A stretch of 64,000 nucleotides of DNA from the human T2T-CHM13v2.0 reference genome, Homo sapiens. Where the stretch lies: the NCBI RefSeq assembly GCF_009914755.1, contig NC_060926.1; one strand, given 5' to 3'. The position numbers were made by a program, and so were the translations under genes. Positions 1 through 14,419 of this stretch are shown in pieces (the first letter of the stretch is position 1; each line of letters begins with the position of its first letter). Below the pieces are notes generated by a model, which saw nothing but the letters and a program-made list of their open reading frames with translations, did no database searches and was not told the origin of the DNA.

Positions 1-1599
1 GGGCCTATTTACTGCCTAAAAATGCCTAAAGAAGGATTTACTTTTCTGATTCACATGCATATGTTTTCCCTCCAGATTAGAAGTGCTACAAGTCATCTGG
101 AGTGAGTTGTACACTTCAAAACATTCTGCACAATGAGCCAAACAAAAACAAAACTCACACTTCTAGAGGGGAAGAAAATGTAAGCCAAGAGAAACACAAT
201 CAAAATGCAGAGTGTGCCAACAAGCCACACCTCGTCAGCTTGATGTTCTACTAAATTCCTTCTCCTTTGGGACTTATTTCTATAGAGACCATCTCTCTGT
301 TCCATAACTAAAACTAGAAGTTGCTAGGAAACAGGCTTCTCAGGACACAACTGAAGGGGAGAGGCTGCTTCCTACCAAAAGGTATAGAAATCTGAAGCTA
401 TTTCTGACATACATGCTATTGTTACAAAACCTGGATTCTCAGCACATCTATTTCACAGAGCCCAAGAGAGAATTTATTATGCATGTTCCTGTTTAGCCAC
501 ACAGTATTAAATTTGTGACTTAACCTGAACCTCAAAAATCTTTTCCTGTTCTAGCATGGTGTTTCCTCTTTTCTTTCACTTCCTCTCCAAATGTATCATT
601 TTACCTACTTTCATTTAATAGTATCCAAAAAATTGTTTTGCACATTTTCATGTTATTAATTACTCATTTGAAAGATTATTCCCAACACAGTATTGGTCCT
701 ATTAAAGCACTGAAAATTTCCACATGGCTTGGAGTTACTGTGTTCAGAATTTTTATATCAAAATTGTTGTTGCTTCTTTTAAAAACAACCTGGTGGCTTT
801 CACAGATATTAAAATAGTCCTTAACACTCTCCACGAAGTAGTAACTACCAAAGCAGCCCACTCATTCTTTATCTTGCCTTTAAAAGCAGTTGTTACCCTT
901 TTCCCTTTCTTGTATTTCTAGCTGTGTTAGTGGCTCTATTAGGACCAACTGCAGGTACAAGAAAGCCTGCTGCTGACTTAAACCAAGAGAAGAACATTTT
1001 TTCCCACATATAACATGAACTTCAGAGTGCCAGTCCAAGATCTATTTTCTGCTCTGCCATCCATAGCTTTTTATTCTCTTGATTGATGCCTCATGATTGC
1101 TACATGGATGCAACAGCTCAAGAAATCGTGTCTTTTCACCAGAGTTCCAAGTACAAGAGAAGAGGAAGTTTAAAAGACTCTTCATGAAACTCTGGCTTTT
1201 CATTGGAAAGCAAAGTTCCCCCAAAGGTTTCCCATTAGATCTCATGGGCAAGAACCGAGTCACATGTCTACTTCTAGACTACTCAATGTTTGGATTAGCA
1301 TACAAGTTTAGACCTTTCCTGAGCCTGGGGGGGGCCTACCTGTCCTGAGATTGAGGACTTACTGCTCACAATGACCCTATCAGGGTTCTGACTACAGAGC
1401 GAAGGGGGCAGAAAATGGACCCTTGTGGGGTCTGGGATGCCAGGTCCTCATCCCTCTTTCCTGCTAGGGATAGAAATCTATTAGAAAATACAGTAAGAAG
1501 TGACAACATAGATGTAAGCAATCAATTTTATTCAGTTCTTTGGAAATGGCTAGAGGGGAAAATTGAGACCTCTTATCTCCCACCCTAAATCAAATTATA

Positions 1600-3190
1600 A
1601 AGGAACTTCCGCTTCAGGCCTTAATGAAGTAATTAGCACCAGACTAGCTTTCCCAATGTACATAACTGTAAAATTAGAAGTAGAAGTGGTTTTCAGACAT
1701 TGGAAAACAGATGGTATTAGACTATAATCTCAGAGAAAAGAGAAACTTATGAGGTGACTCTATGATCACCCAGATCTCAGATGGAGGACAATTTCCTGAG
1801 TGTAGAGCAAGAAGCTAGAGTCCATAGCAGTTCTGCTGAGCTTGGATACAGAGATCTGAGTCTGAGTCAACTGGAGTACTAGAATCTCCAGGCCAGGGCC
1901 CTGGAAAGAAAAGAGCTCTAGAAGGATGAGGGCCAGAAGTCCACAAAGGGGATCCCCTACAAATCTTGGCCAAGGTCTGGGGTGCACATGCTCAGAAAGA
2001 AATGACCAAGGCTTTATAGAGAGCAGCTTTACAGGGCTGAGAGGAAAACAGAGTGACCAGAGGTTAAGCAGTGCTGGTGAATGCTGGAGCTACAGCCCAG
2101 CCAGAGTGAAGAGACCTGGCTAGCACTCCAGGTATCCAGCTAAGACATCAGAAATGCTGCTGCTCAGGAGTAAGCAGAATGTACTAATATAAGGCCTACC
2201 ATACACTGATTTTACCACAGCCCAAAAGCAAGACCTAACAAAATTCACAGGGGAGACCAAATTCGGAGGATGAATTCCATCAAGTTAGAAATAGTAGAAA
2301 AATACACTGGCCTTTCCACAGATCCAGTCTAACAAAGTGTAAAAAATCAAACCTATACAAGCTCAAAGAAATAAACCTGCTTATTAGAAAAAAAATCAAC
2401 ACTGTTATTCCACAGAATTCAGAATTTCTACCACATAGAATCCTTAATATCCAGTGTAAAATCAAAAAGTGCTAGCTATGCAAAGAAACCAAAAAATAAG
2501 AACCATGGTCAATGAAAAAAAAAATAGTCAATAGGAACTGATCATGAGATGGCCTAGATGTTGAAATTAGAAGACAGAATCTTTAAAGTAGCTATATTCA
2601 ATTCAGTTTGAAGAACTGAACAAAAATATGATCTGAATGAGTTAACACACAAGAAATCTCATAAGAGAAATGAAAACTAGAAAAAGAGAAATGCATATTC
2701 TAGAAATGAAAAGTCAAATAACTCAAAGTTTAAAAATCCATTGGGTGGGACTGACAACAGAATGAAGACAAAAAAAGGGCAAAGTTAGTGAACTTGAAGA
2801 TAGATAAATAGAAATTATCAAATTTGAATATCAAAGAGGAAAGATGTTGAAGGAAAATGAACGAGAGCCTCGGGGCCTTGCAGAACAACATGAAATGATT
2901 CTAACATATGCATAACTGGCATCTCAGAAAAAGAAGAAAAAAATAAAAACAGAAAAAATATTTGAAGAAATAATGGCCAACATTTGTCCAAATTTCATCA
3001 AAAACATTAACTTACGAAGCTCAGAGAATATCAACTGGAATAAATAAAAAGAAAATCACACCTAAGTATAGCATAGACAAACTGCTGGAAACCAAGATAA
3101 AGAGAAAAATCTTGAAAATAGCCAAAGGAGGGGAAAAAAGACATGTAACATACAGGGGAACAAAGACACAATGATAACTTACATGAGAAA
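1600..3190 (+). mobile_element. Old L1M 5'UTR/ORF1 remnant
   Basis: A-rich, with decayed ORF1 motifs near 3015-3180 (aagctcagagaat...aaaatcacacctaag...gataaagagaaaaatcttgaaaatagcc, resembling TPRHIIVKL..KDKEKILKAAR). Confidence 0.75.
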
Positions 3191-4088
3191 GACACAGAAG
3201 CTTCTTGAAATAAACTGATGAAGAGTTATCACTTTTCAAAAGGGATTTATTTCCTAATTCTGCTTTCCTAGTGACAACCTTGGATTAATTCCAGACTTAG
3301 GACTCTGACCTATACTTCTTCCTCTAGAAAGTAAAATATAACAACATCAAGATTTTGTGGGTTTGGTCACTTGGAGATAAGATTCATTGCGGTTGGAATT
3401 CCTTAGTTCCTTCCTGATTAAATTTAGACAGGGAAATAAAGCAAGTGTGTGTATGGGAATCAACTTTTTAAGTGATTCTAGCAGTTTAAAGATTAAGTTA
3501 TTCGTACACAAAATAAATCATCTTATATGAGAAAGTAAAACTGATTATTTCCCAAATAAATATCATAAAAGGATTTTTTAAACTACAATTTGGTATTTGT
3601 AGTCTCATATTAAGTCTTCTATTAAGATTATAAAATAAAAGCTAAAATGGTAAAAAATGAGAAAGTCTAAAGAGAAGTTATATGAAGTGCAAAAGAGTGA
3701 AATTACATTCAAATCAAAAGGGTTACATCTAAAATCCCAACAAAACTAAGACTTTTTGTGAACATAATGATACAAATGTAATTTTTAAATTATGTATCTT
3801 CCTCAATTTGATTATATTTTAAAACACACTTAGGGAAAATGCTGTGAAGACTTTTCCCCTTTTTTGTTTACCATAAGGAAAAAAAAGAGAGATAACAATT
3901 CATTAAAGCTTTGCCCAGTTTAGATTTTTTGCTTTCCAGCATGATTAACCATTAAGAGTTATATAAGTGAATACAAATCAAATGTTTTTATTTCAGTCAA
4001 TATAAAATTCTTTATCCCAGAGAAAAATAAATTTCAGTGGCTTTAACAATCTAACAAAATTTCAGCAAGAGTGTTGTTTTGCCTCAAA

Positions 4089-4282
4089 CAGGGCTTCTCA
4101 ACAGTGGTGCTATTGGCATTTGGGGCTAGATCACTGTGGAGGGAGGCTGTCCTTTACATTGTTGGATGTTTTACAGCACCCTGGCTTCATATCCCCCTAC
4201 CCAGTTGTGACAACCAAAAATGTCTCCAAACCTTGCCGAATGTCCTCTAGGGGGCAAAATCTTCCCTGGCTAAGAAGTACTG
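4089..4282. mobile_element. MER20 (hAT-Charlie MITE)
   Basis: cagggcttctcaac...ggcatttggggctagat...ccagttgtgacaaccaaaaatgtctccaaac...ggggcaaaat...actg matches the MER20 consensus. Confidence 0.85.
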
Positions 4283-4933
4283 CCATAAACAGATGGGTCT
4301 TTTTTTCCTCTGATTTATTCGTTAAAAAAAAAAGGGCGGCGGGGTGATGGGGGGATGCTTGGCTTACAACTTACATTGAAAGCAACAATGTCTTCCTAAT
4401 ATCTGATGCTAAATTTTGGAGAGAATTTTCTTCATTCAATGAAAAAGTTCTCCAACTTTGGAAAATGTTAGATTTTATTATTGGGTTGGATTTCAATTTT
4501 CTTTTTGTTTAGTTGGTAGGTTAGATTTTTGCTTTCCAATGTGGCAGACATCGTACTTTTTGGGATGTTTCATTCATCGCTCACTCAGCAAATGTAAGTT
4601 CACTAAGAACAACAAGCGTAAATTAGCTAAACAGAGCTGAACTGTTTTTATTAAAGCAAATAGCAATTATTTATAAGTCATTTGTCAGGAAAACATGACA
4701 CTTCCTTCCCCTAATTGATCTAGAACAGAGTCATGAAATTTAAAAATAAAAAGACATCTTAGGCTACAAGTAGTTCTTAACAAAACTCAAATTTTAGAAA
4801 ATACAGAGCTTTTAAAATATGTCATCTAAATCTACACGTCTCTTTCATCAGTTTAAAAATGTTAGTAAATGTTAATAGATATCTCTTTCTAAAATGGGAC
4901 TGCTGATCAAGAGAAAGGTGAAGTTTTATTGGT

Positions 4934-4957
4934 GCAATTACTTTTGCATCGACCTAA
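4934..4957. mobile_element. MADE1 (mariner MITE) terminal fragment
   Basis: gcaattacttttgcatcgacctaa resembles the MADE1 TIR gcaattacttttgcaccaacctaa. Confidence 0.55.
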
Positions 4958-5104
4958 GAGAAAATACTGTAACACCTGCAGGTTCTGAAGGTTCTGACAT
5001 TTAATGAGGTAGAGATGTAACCACAAATTTCATAATATAAGCAAATGTACTGTTGAATCTCCTCCTCCCAAAGAAGAAAAAAAATAAATTCCCAGAATCT
5101 GCTA

Positions 5105-5577
<473 letters not shown>

Positions 5578-6029
5578 CTACAACACGAAGAATTAGATTT
5601 AAGCTTTCCAGACATAAAGCCTTAAAGGGTGTTTAATAAGCCTGATCATGCAATAATCTTCTGTTGTCAAAATAAAACCTATTATTCTACTGTTAAATGA
5701 TGATGTCAGAAACAGCTTCTATAGAGTCAAGTCACATGATGGCAAAGGCTGTCACATGCCTGCGACCCTCGATTTCACTTGGCACAGCTTTCTCCTAGCA
5801 ATCAAGGAGGAGAGGATTTCCTTGCCATCCCTTTTAGGTCTATCCTTTCCCAAACACCCCACGTTCAAACATGGCATCCTCTTCTCGTTTTCCATCCCAC
5901 ACACATATTTATTTGCTGCTGCAATGAAATTTTAAAATAGCGAGACACATGCTAAATACAGTTGAAGTACACCATTAAGTACAAGTTCACTTGCTCAGTT
6001 TCCTTAGCATAAGAATGTAACTCACTGAA

Positions 6030-6330
6030 ATCTTTTCAGGAGCTTGCTCAAATGTTACCTCTTCCCCTAAATACAGTGGCCATCACATTTAAAACTGCAG
6101 CACCCCAGCATTCCCCATCCCTCCTTTCTTGATTTTTCTCTATAGCAATTTTTGTGATCTAACGTACCATACAATTTACTTATTTATTTGGTTATTGTCT
6201 ACTTCCCCTGACAAGAATGTAAGTTTCACAAAGGCAGGGATTTTCATCTGTTTTGTTGGCTACTTTATCCCCAGTGTCTACAACAGTGCCTGCTACACGG
6301 TACATGTCGATAAATATTTGTTAAATAACA
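6030..6330 (+). mobile_element. L2 3' fragment
   Basis: ctcaaatgttacctc...gaatgtaagtttcacaaaggcagggattttc...cagtgcctgctacacggta...taaatatttgttaaat is a typical L2 3' end. Confidence 0.75.
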
Positions 6331-7734
6331 GATGCAGGAAGAGTAAGCATCTTTCTCCTAGATACTTCTTGAAATAACTTTTATCTCCAGTGCCTTTCCT
6401 GAGCCTGCCCCTTGCCATCCTGACTTTCTGGCTGGTCCACATTATTTGGGCCATCTGGATCATGATAAGCTATTTCCTTTGGCTCCCGATAAGCTATTTC
6501 CTTTGGTTCCAAAGGAACAAGGCCTTCCCTGTTGGAACTTAGACAGCCCCTTTTTGGCTCACTGAGTCTAGTTATAAAATACTTCCAGATACAGACAGAG
6601 ACTCCAGTACCTCCTGTACTTTAACGCAGCACAACTAAGGTTCTATCTACCAGCGCCTTACCTGTTTGCCATGGGTTTACATTACCTCACTCGGATCTCA
6701 CTAGCTTTACATAGAATTGATCTGATTTTCTTCTGTACCATCCCTTTCAGAACTACATAATCCACTCATGAATTTATGGATTTCACATTTATTCCTCAAT
6801 CTTGGTACCTGCCACCATCTTCATTATGCCATGTTTCATCTCAGGGCAAACCCTATTGGGTCCTGGGAAGTCTATGAAAAAACTTTCTGCCACTCACACT
6901 ACCACTTCTCATATGATATATTTCAACACCCACTGCATGAGTTTTCATTTAAAAAACAAACAAAGTAACCTTGGGTGCAATATTTACATGACAGCTAACG
7001 ACCTTGGCTACTGAGTCTGAGAGGAGGGCAAGGGAAGATAGGGTTTTTTCTCCCATCCTCCCATTGAGTTCACAGACACTTTGGATGAAGAGGACATGCT
7101 TCTGTGCTAGGTTTATAGCACTTGCAAATGTATTTATTCAAATAGTTTCTGCCATAAAGTAGATCTCATACTTTGAGCACTATCTCTTGAATGAAAATAA
7201 CTTGGACAAGATATCTTTTGTGAAAAGGATAGAAATAAAAATGAACAGATAAGCTGATTTACTCAGTTCAATGGTTTTAAATCCCATATCTCTCTTCATA
7301 AAGTTGGCACTTATTTTCTGTATGTGGTCTATGGTAACTCTGATACCATAAAAGAATCCATAATTATTAGAAAATCTCCAATCTATGAAGCTTAAAATAC
7401 AGGTCAACTTCTAATCTGATAGTTTCAAGAAATTTCATTTTACTGACTTTCAACAGGCCATTATTTCTTTATAAACTCAGTGAGTCATGCAGCACATCAG
7501 CTTCAGCAAGAACTATAAATAATCAACTCCTAACACATTGTAGTTGAATAAAAAATGCAGGCTGTATATAACTAAACTACTTCCCTGAAAGAAAGAAATA
7601 GGCCACAACCCTTATAGCTTAAAATCACAACAGAAGAAATGCTGACAATTATTCCTCTCTAGAAAAAAGTGAAATAACATGTATGTATGCCCACATTACT
7701 GTTTTTAAATTATCTGTATTTAAGCAGAGAGACA

Positions 7735-7985
7735 GGTTAGCACAGCAGCTAAGAGAAAAAGCTCTGAAGCCCAACTTCTGGATTTCGGTTATATCTTTAC
7801 TTTCTATCACTCTATGATCTTAGACAATTTATTTTAACTCTCTGTCCCTCTGTTTCCCCACCTATCCAGGAAGAACATAACATCTGCCTCATAGGATTTT
7901 GGAGAGAACTAAATAAATCAGTACAGATAAAACATTTCAAACAGTGTCTGGCATATAGTAAGTGCTTGGTCAAGTTTAGTTATTA
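7735..7985 (+). mobile_element. MIR
   Basis: MIR core ctctctgtccctctgtttccccacctat...tgcctcataggattt...acagtgtctggcatatagtaagtgct. Confidence 0.75.
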
Positions 7986-8204
7986 ATACCATTATGTGAC
8001 TACATTCTACTTTAATTATATCAAGAACTGGTTTTAATACTCCCATAATTCCCACCACCCCTTCTACTTAATCAGCATCTTCAGTATTTCAAAGCATAGC
8101 GCCTAACAGAAACAAAAGAGCCTTGTAGGCAGTGAGGACCTCAGATATCTCAGAGCCCAAGCTTTGGCCCCATAACACTGACAAGAGCCATTCCCTGGTC
8201 TTCG

Positions 8205-8570
<366 letters not shown>

Positions 8571-9039
8571 CTAAGTGAAAAGCATTAAGGATACAACAGA
8601 GCAAAAGTCAAAGTCCCTAGTTCAAAAAAGCCTGCATTCTAACAAGAAAAGACACGCAACTAAGGGCCAAAAACCAAATACATAATACATATTTGTTTTC
8701 AGTGAAAGAACAAAAAGAGCTAGAAATGTGTGAATCTGCTAGCTTAATTGCACCTGCAAAAATGTATGGAGCATCTACTACTACAGGTCTACCATAAAGC
8801 TGCAGTGTATGCTAAATAGTAAAAAGAGTAAGGTTTTTTTTTTTTTTCAATTTCTTTCTTTTCTTTTCCTAACATAGCCCTTTCCCTGTGGGAACTTGAA
8901 ATTTTGGGGAACAAAAGCAAATATTCATATATGAGATAATTCAAGCTGGTATCAATGGCACTTTATATACATGTATAATTAGTCTTAACAAATTTGTGGG
9001 GACAATAAATGTTGTAGGGCATCTGAAAGTGATAAAAAC

Positions 9040-9180
9040 ATATTTATAATGGGCTTAACCTTTTCCAAAGCACTTTCACATCAGGTATCTCGAGTAAGCC
9101 CTCAGAATATTGTAAATTAATTCCAAGAGATAACATCATTATCTCTCTTTTCAGATGAGGAAACTGAGAAAGATTTGTGA
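9040..9180 (-). mobile_element. MIR fragment
   Basis: aagcactttcacat...attatctctcttttcagatgaggaaactgag. Confidence 0.65.
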
Positions 9181-9415
9181 GGCAAAAGTTTGGCTGAAGA
9201 AGACAGGAAACACTTGGTGGCAGAGGTGATATCTGAGGTGAGCCTTAAAGAATTAGAAAAAAAAAGAAACGCATGAAGAGCATTCTAATTGGAAGCATGG
9301 ATACAAAGAAACTACCAAGGAAGAGTACTGGGAGGCGGAGAAGAAAAAAACAAATGTAGAGTTTCCACAGAACCCGGTGAAGATGAAGAGAATCCTGCAA
9401 AAGAAACCATGCACC

Positions 9416-9725
9416 AGCCGGGCGCAGTGGCTCAGGCTTATAATCCCAGCACTTTGGGAGGCTGAGGCAGTCAGATCACCTGAGGTCAGGAGTTCAAGAT
9501 CAACCTGGCCAACATGGTAAAACTCTGTCTCCACTAAAAATACAAAAATTAGCTGGGCATGGTGGAACATGCCTGTAATCCCAGCTACTCAGGAGGCTGA
9601 GGCACGAGAATCGCTTGAACCAGGGAGGTAAGGGTTGCAGTGAGCCAAGATCACACCACTGCACTCCAGCCTGGGCAACAGAGTGAGACTCTGTCTCAAA
9701 AAAAAAAAAAAAAAAAAAAAAAAAA
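9416..9725 (+). mobile_element. AluS (Sx-like), full length
   Basis: Dimeric Alu with gatcacctgaggtcaggagttc and a long A-tail. A short gcacc(agcc) repeat lies at both ends. Confidence 0.93.
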
Positions 9726-10350
9726 GCACCAGCCTTGGAGGGGGTGGGTCACCACAGTGCCCACTGACGAATGCAAGCCCCAATGTGACACAGAAGATAC
9801 TGAGGCTCCATGAGGTTAGGCCCATCCAGCGTCACAAAGCTGATGAGTCAGTCACATGCTTAAAAACAAAGTTAAAGCGGGAGAGAGAAAAATGAAAGAG
9901 AGAGAGAGAACTTCGAAGTCAAGGAAGGAGAGACTCCAAGGACAGTGTCAAATGCTGCAGGGAAAGACTGAGGAGTGGGTAAAATTGGTGGCCAGAAGAG
10001 TTAGCATGGAGTGGTAAAAGTGGGGTAAAGAATCCAGGCTCTTCCTCAAAAGGCTGGATGGCGAAGAGGAGGCATGTGGGGAGGGCAACATGGATTGAGA
10101 CAGAGTTGGGTTTGTTTGCTTTCACGTTTTGTTTTGTTTTTAGGATGGAAGAGATTCTGCATGTTCCTAATACCAGCATAGGAACTAAGAAAACAGGAAA
10201 TATTTGCTGAATGAATAAAAACTGAGAGAAAAGGGCCAGTAAAGAGGAGAGAATGAAGATGTAGGAAAGAGAGGAGACATAGTACAGAGCATGGCTACTA
10301 GGACGAACAAAAGCTGGAAGACACAGGACAGGTGGAGAATTAGTCCAAAC

Positions 10351-10640
10351 CAGCACTGTCCAATTGAAATATAACACAACCCATGGGTGTAATTTAAAAT
10401 TTTCTAGTAATCACATTTTAAAAACATAAAACAGATGAAAATTTTAATAACATTTTATTTAACTCACTAAAGCCAAACTTATTGTTTCAACATTAATATA
10501 AACAGTTACTAATTTTTTTCTTTCTTTTTTTAAATACTAAGGCTTTTAAATCCAGTGTGAATTTTACACTTAAAGCACATTTCAGTTCAAACTGACCACA
10601 TTTCACGTCCTCCACAGCTACATACAGGACCGGGAAGTAC
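10351..10640. mobile_element. MER33/MER3-type hAT element
   Basis: cagcactgtccaattgaaatataa...tttaaaattttctagtaatcacatt...ccagtgtgaattttacacttaaagcacatttcagtt. Confidence 0.75.
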
Positions 10641-11699
10641 AGATTTAAACCATGGAGGTGCCTCCACTTCCTTTTCAACTCCATTGATCAGAAAGACCCT
10701 GAAGGTAGCTCAGAAGAAGATGTCATTGAACTAGCTGACAATAATGTGCTAATAACCAAGAATTCCTTAATCTTTCCAAGAGTTCTTTCATTACACTTTA
10801 GCACAAAGATGCTTTTTGAGCCAAATCTCTAATAGGAATCATTGTTCAATCCTGTTATATGAAGACATCCAGTCCGGGGGTGGAGGGTTTTCTGGGGATA
10901 GACTTGAGGATGGGGAGGTTGACAAGTATCAGAAACTTTTTATAACTCTTTTTGCTTCTTTTCTTCTACCCTGAAGCTGTATAGTCTTCAAAAGCAGAAC
11001 AGTGTCCCAGAGGTGCTTGTGTGTCAGGGGAGGAGATGAAGTGGGGAAGGGATGGAGGTTTTCTATATATTCCTTTAACAAACTCTCATATATGATACAA
11101 ACTTTTCCTAAGTGATATTCAAATATATACCGGTTATTTGTAAGTCAGTACATAAATCAGTAGCTGTATATATTTAAACTTCACCCTGCCTCAATTTATT
11201 TATCTATTAAATGGAAGTAATTTTAATGTACCATGCAAGGTTGTTTGAAGGATTGAAATACTGTGGATGAAAGTGTTCAATAAAAAGTAGCCATGGTTAT
11301 TTTAGTAGGCAAACATTATAGCTACTGAATTAATTAATGCATTATTTAGTCTAGGGTAACTATTTATGCCTAAGAGCCTGGGGAGAGGAACACCAGGATT
11401 TGGAAGACAGTGAACAGAAAGCAAATGCTGAAGACCAACTTTACATATTAAAAACCACTAGAAGTTCTGCCTAGTCTAGATGACCCTGTACTTAGAAAAG
11501 AAGAAGAAAACGTCCATCCTTCCCCTGTCTCCACCTATTCCACATGGCTCCTGGTTTCCAGGGCTCAGAAATTAGCCACATTAGGTCATACAGGCCTTGA
11601 GTTACAGCTTAAGAAACTCAACCGTAGCTTTTATAGAACTGTTTCTATATTAAAAAGTAATGACAACCTCCAAACAACTCCCTTAGAAAAGAATTGCAG

Positions 11700-12200
11700 A
11701 GCCCACCGCCCACAAGCCAGCGACGGGACAGTGTAAGATGTAAGACAGAGGAGACAAGAATTTAAGAAACTTGGCCACAGAACTTGAAGTAGTCCTGTTG
11801 GAACCTGACCAACAGTAGGGAGTGGGGAGCCATTCCAGGGTCTTGAGAAGAGAGGCAAAAATAGGAAAGGGAAGTCTCAGGAAACGTAATCTGAGAGTTT
11901 ATGCAGGGCTGATTATAACAGGAAGAAAACAGAGGTGGGGAAACCAGTGAGAAACTGATCAGTCAAGGAACCCAGCGCTGTTGGCAGAAGACGGATTTTA
12001 GTGACATGAAAAGAAAATATCAATCAGGAATGTTTCAAAGGAAGAACACATAGACATGATGACAGATTGAATATAGGGGATAAAAGTGAGGGTGAAATTA
12101 GGACTAAATTGTGGATTTTCAATCTAAGTGACAACAGAATCCCAGAAACATTGACAGGGCTGAGAAAATCAAAATTATTTCAGGTGAGATGGAAGTAAAT
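11700..12200 (-). mobile_element. L2 fragment
   Basis: Purine-rich reverse-L2 pattern (ggggagccattccagggtcttgag...gaaaccagtgagaaactg...gatgacagattgaatatagggg). Confidence 0.55.
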
Positions 12201-13463
12201 GCAATATATCCAAGTAAATATAACTCTTATGAGGGTGGGTCCAAATTGTCGGTTATTATGAGGCCGGGGATAAAACAAATATTCAAATGCAAGTCTCTGC
12301 TCAATAACAGCCTTAGTATTAATTAAAATTGACTATGCCAATATATCCCTAAAAGTCTTATTTCAGGGTTTAAAAACCTCATTCAGATGTTTTACTTTAC
12401 ATAACTTAGGCCAACTGGAAAGGAAATAAATCAATGATTTTATTTAGATTACAACAAGGGACTATTATCTAATTGCTTTGGAAACCTTAACTTTTCCCTT
12501 ATAGGAAATGTAATATAGTTTTTAGAGTTCATGTTTTGATAGTAAATAAGTACTGTGCAAAAATTAATTTGCAAAGTCACATAAAAATGAAAAAAATCAA
12601 AGCACTCTAAATTTTATACCTAAAATTTGAGTTTTAGCTACCCTATTCAATGTAATATTCTCATATGGGAAAACCAGTGTTACTCAATAACAGAGAACAG
12701 CTGCTGCGCATTTTCTAATACTGAAACCTAAGAACTCTCAATTTCCTTCTTGATTTCACATTTCTTATTGCCTTCTGCAATAAGAAAGACACATTTTCTT
12801 CAGAAAATTATCCACGTTCTTTTGAAAAGCTTCAGAAAATAAAGGCGACGGCAAGGGAAGCAGGTTAATATTCACTATATGGCTTAAGTAGAAAGCTGGT
12901 CCTTTAAAGCTCCTTAGATAACTCATCCCTCCCAGGGTGAGTCTGTGCTGCAGCTATATGTCCCATTCCCAGTGGGCACAATTTAACATGATGTAGCACT
13001 CCTTAAAAAATGTAAAAAAACCCTCCTTCTAAATATGATTAGGTCTGCACCATGCTGCTCTCCCAGATAAAAGACATCTGTTTCAAACAACTGAAAACAA
13101 AATCATTTTTCTTCAAGAGGTCAAGAGAGATTTAATTACTAAGCAAATCACAAAATGCCATAGTATACAACTTCAATTCCAAAACCAGCAGATTTTGTTC
13201 AGAAGATATAGACAGTAGCAGATGACAAATACATTAAGCAAGTGTTTTTTATTGAAAATAGTTTTGCTAAAGAATCTGGAGGTGAATGTCAATTTACTAA
13301 ACCTCACCTGAAGGGCAGGTACTGAAAAACATTGTCAGAGGATTTTTATAGAATTTAAGAAATGCATCCTAGGATCTAACTTCCTAGAGTTGGCATTGAT
13401 AAATAAAACCAATAATAATAAAAGACAAACTTGTTTAACCCTTCAAATTCCAAAAGACACAAC

Positions 13464-13502
13464 ATACAACACACACACACAAACACACACACACACACAC
13501 AC
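13464..13502 (+). repeat. (CA)n microsatellite, interrupted
   Basis: Direct observation. Confidence 0.95.
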
Positions 13503-14419
13503 TTGTTCAACTATACTATGCTTCAAACTCCAAGTGATTTTTTATTTTTATTTTTTACTATCTAAATGAGGAAAACAAAGGGTGAAAAACTACATTTATA
13601 GTCAAGATATAATTAGCCTGCAGTAAGTAGAGATGTGAGAACTATAGGAAAAGAAAGCAGTAACCCATCCCCAGCAAGGCCAATTGGCATCTGAGATGAA
13701 CAAAGACGTCACCAAATCTTCCACCAAAGCTCCCCCTCCAGTGGATTTCCCCTGTGTGTAGCAAGAGAGAGCATTTTCAGTCATTCAGTATAAATGAACA
13801 TTCAGATAAACTCCGTGTTTATCATAGATAATCATAACTTGATGCTTAGCTTACTCAGCAAGAGTATGCTAATAAAATGATTAGGAAAACCAGAAAATGT
13901 CCTTCTACACAACCTGCTAGGAAATGAGAACTGAATAGAGAACCTGGGGTAACTGGAGCTGCCCCTCACTTCCTCTTTCCAGGTGGAAAAGTCTCAGAAA
14001 ATGCAATTTATCCTCCAGCCTGCTGCCCTTTAGGAAAAGCGTGTTTTCCCCAAAATTTTACTAAAGAATATGTTATAATCCACAACATAAAAATTACCCA
14101 AATGTAAATTTGGAAAAGGGATGTACACAAATAGAAATAATTTTAAGTTCCAAAAAATTGTTAATTTTAAAGACAGTTCAAGAATGCTTTCAAGATGTTG
14201 GTTTAGCTTTAAATCATTAAATATGCAACTAGATTAAAAAGAGAAAATCATTAATATTTAACTCATTTAGTTATTTAAACGCAGTGAGATTTTTAATTCA
14301 ATTATTTAATTAAAACCTTCTTTGAAGGTATGAGTAGATATTTTACCAAAAAATTGATTCAATAAGTATATATCAAAACACATTTTTAAAAAAGATATAA
14401 TTGTTGTCCACTAAAACAT

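Noticed and set aside
9919-10377. 152-aa hydrophobic ORF
   Set aside because: It is the reverse reading of purine-rich, L2-like sequence, so the hydrophobicity is compositional.
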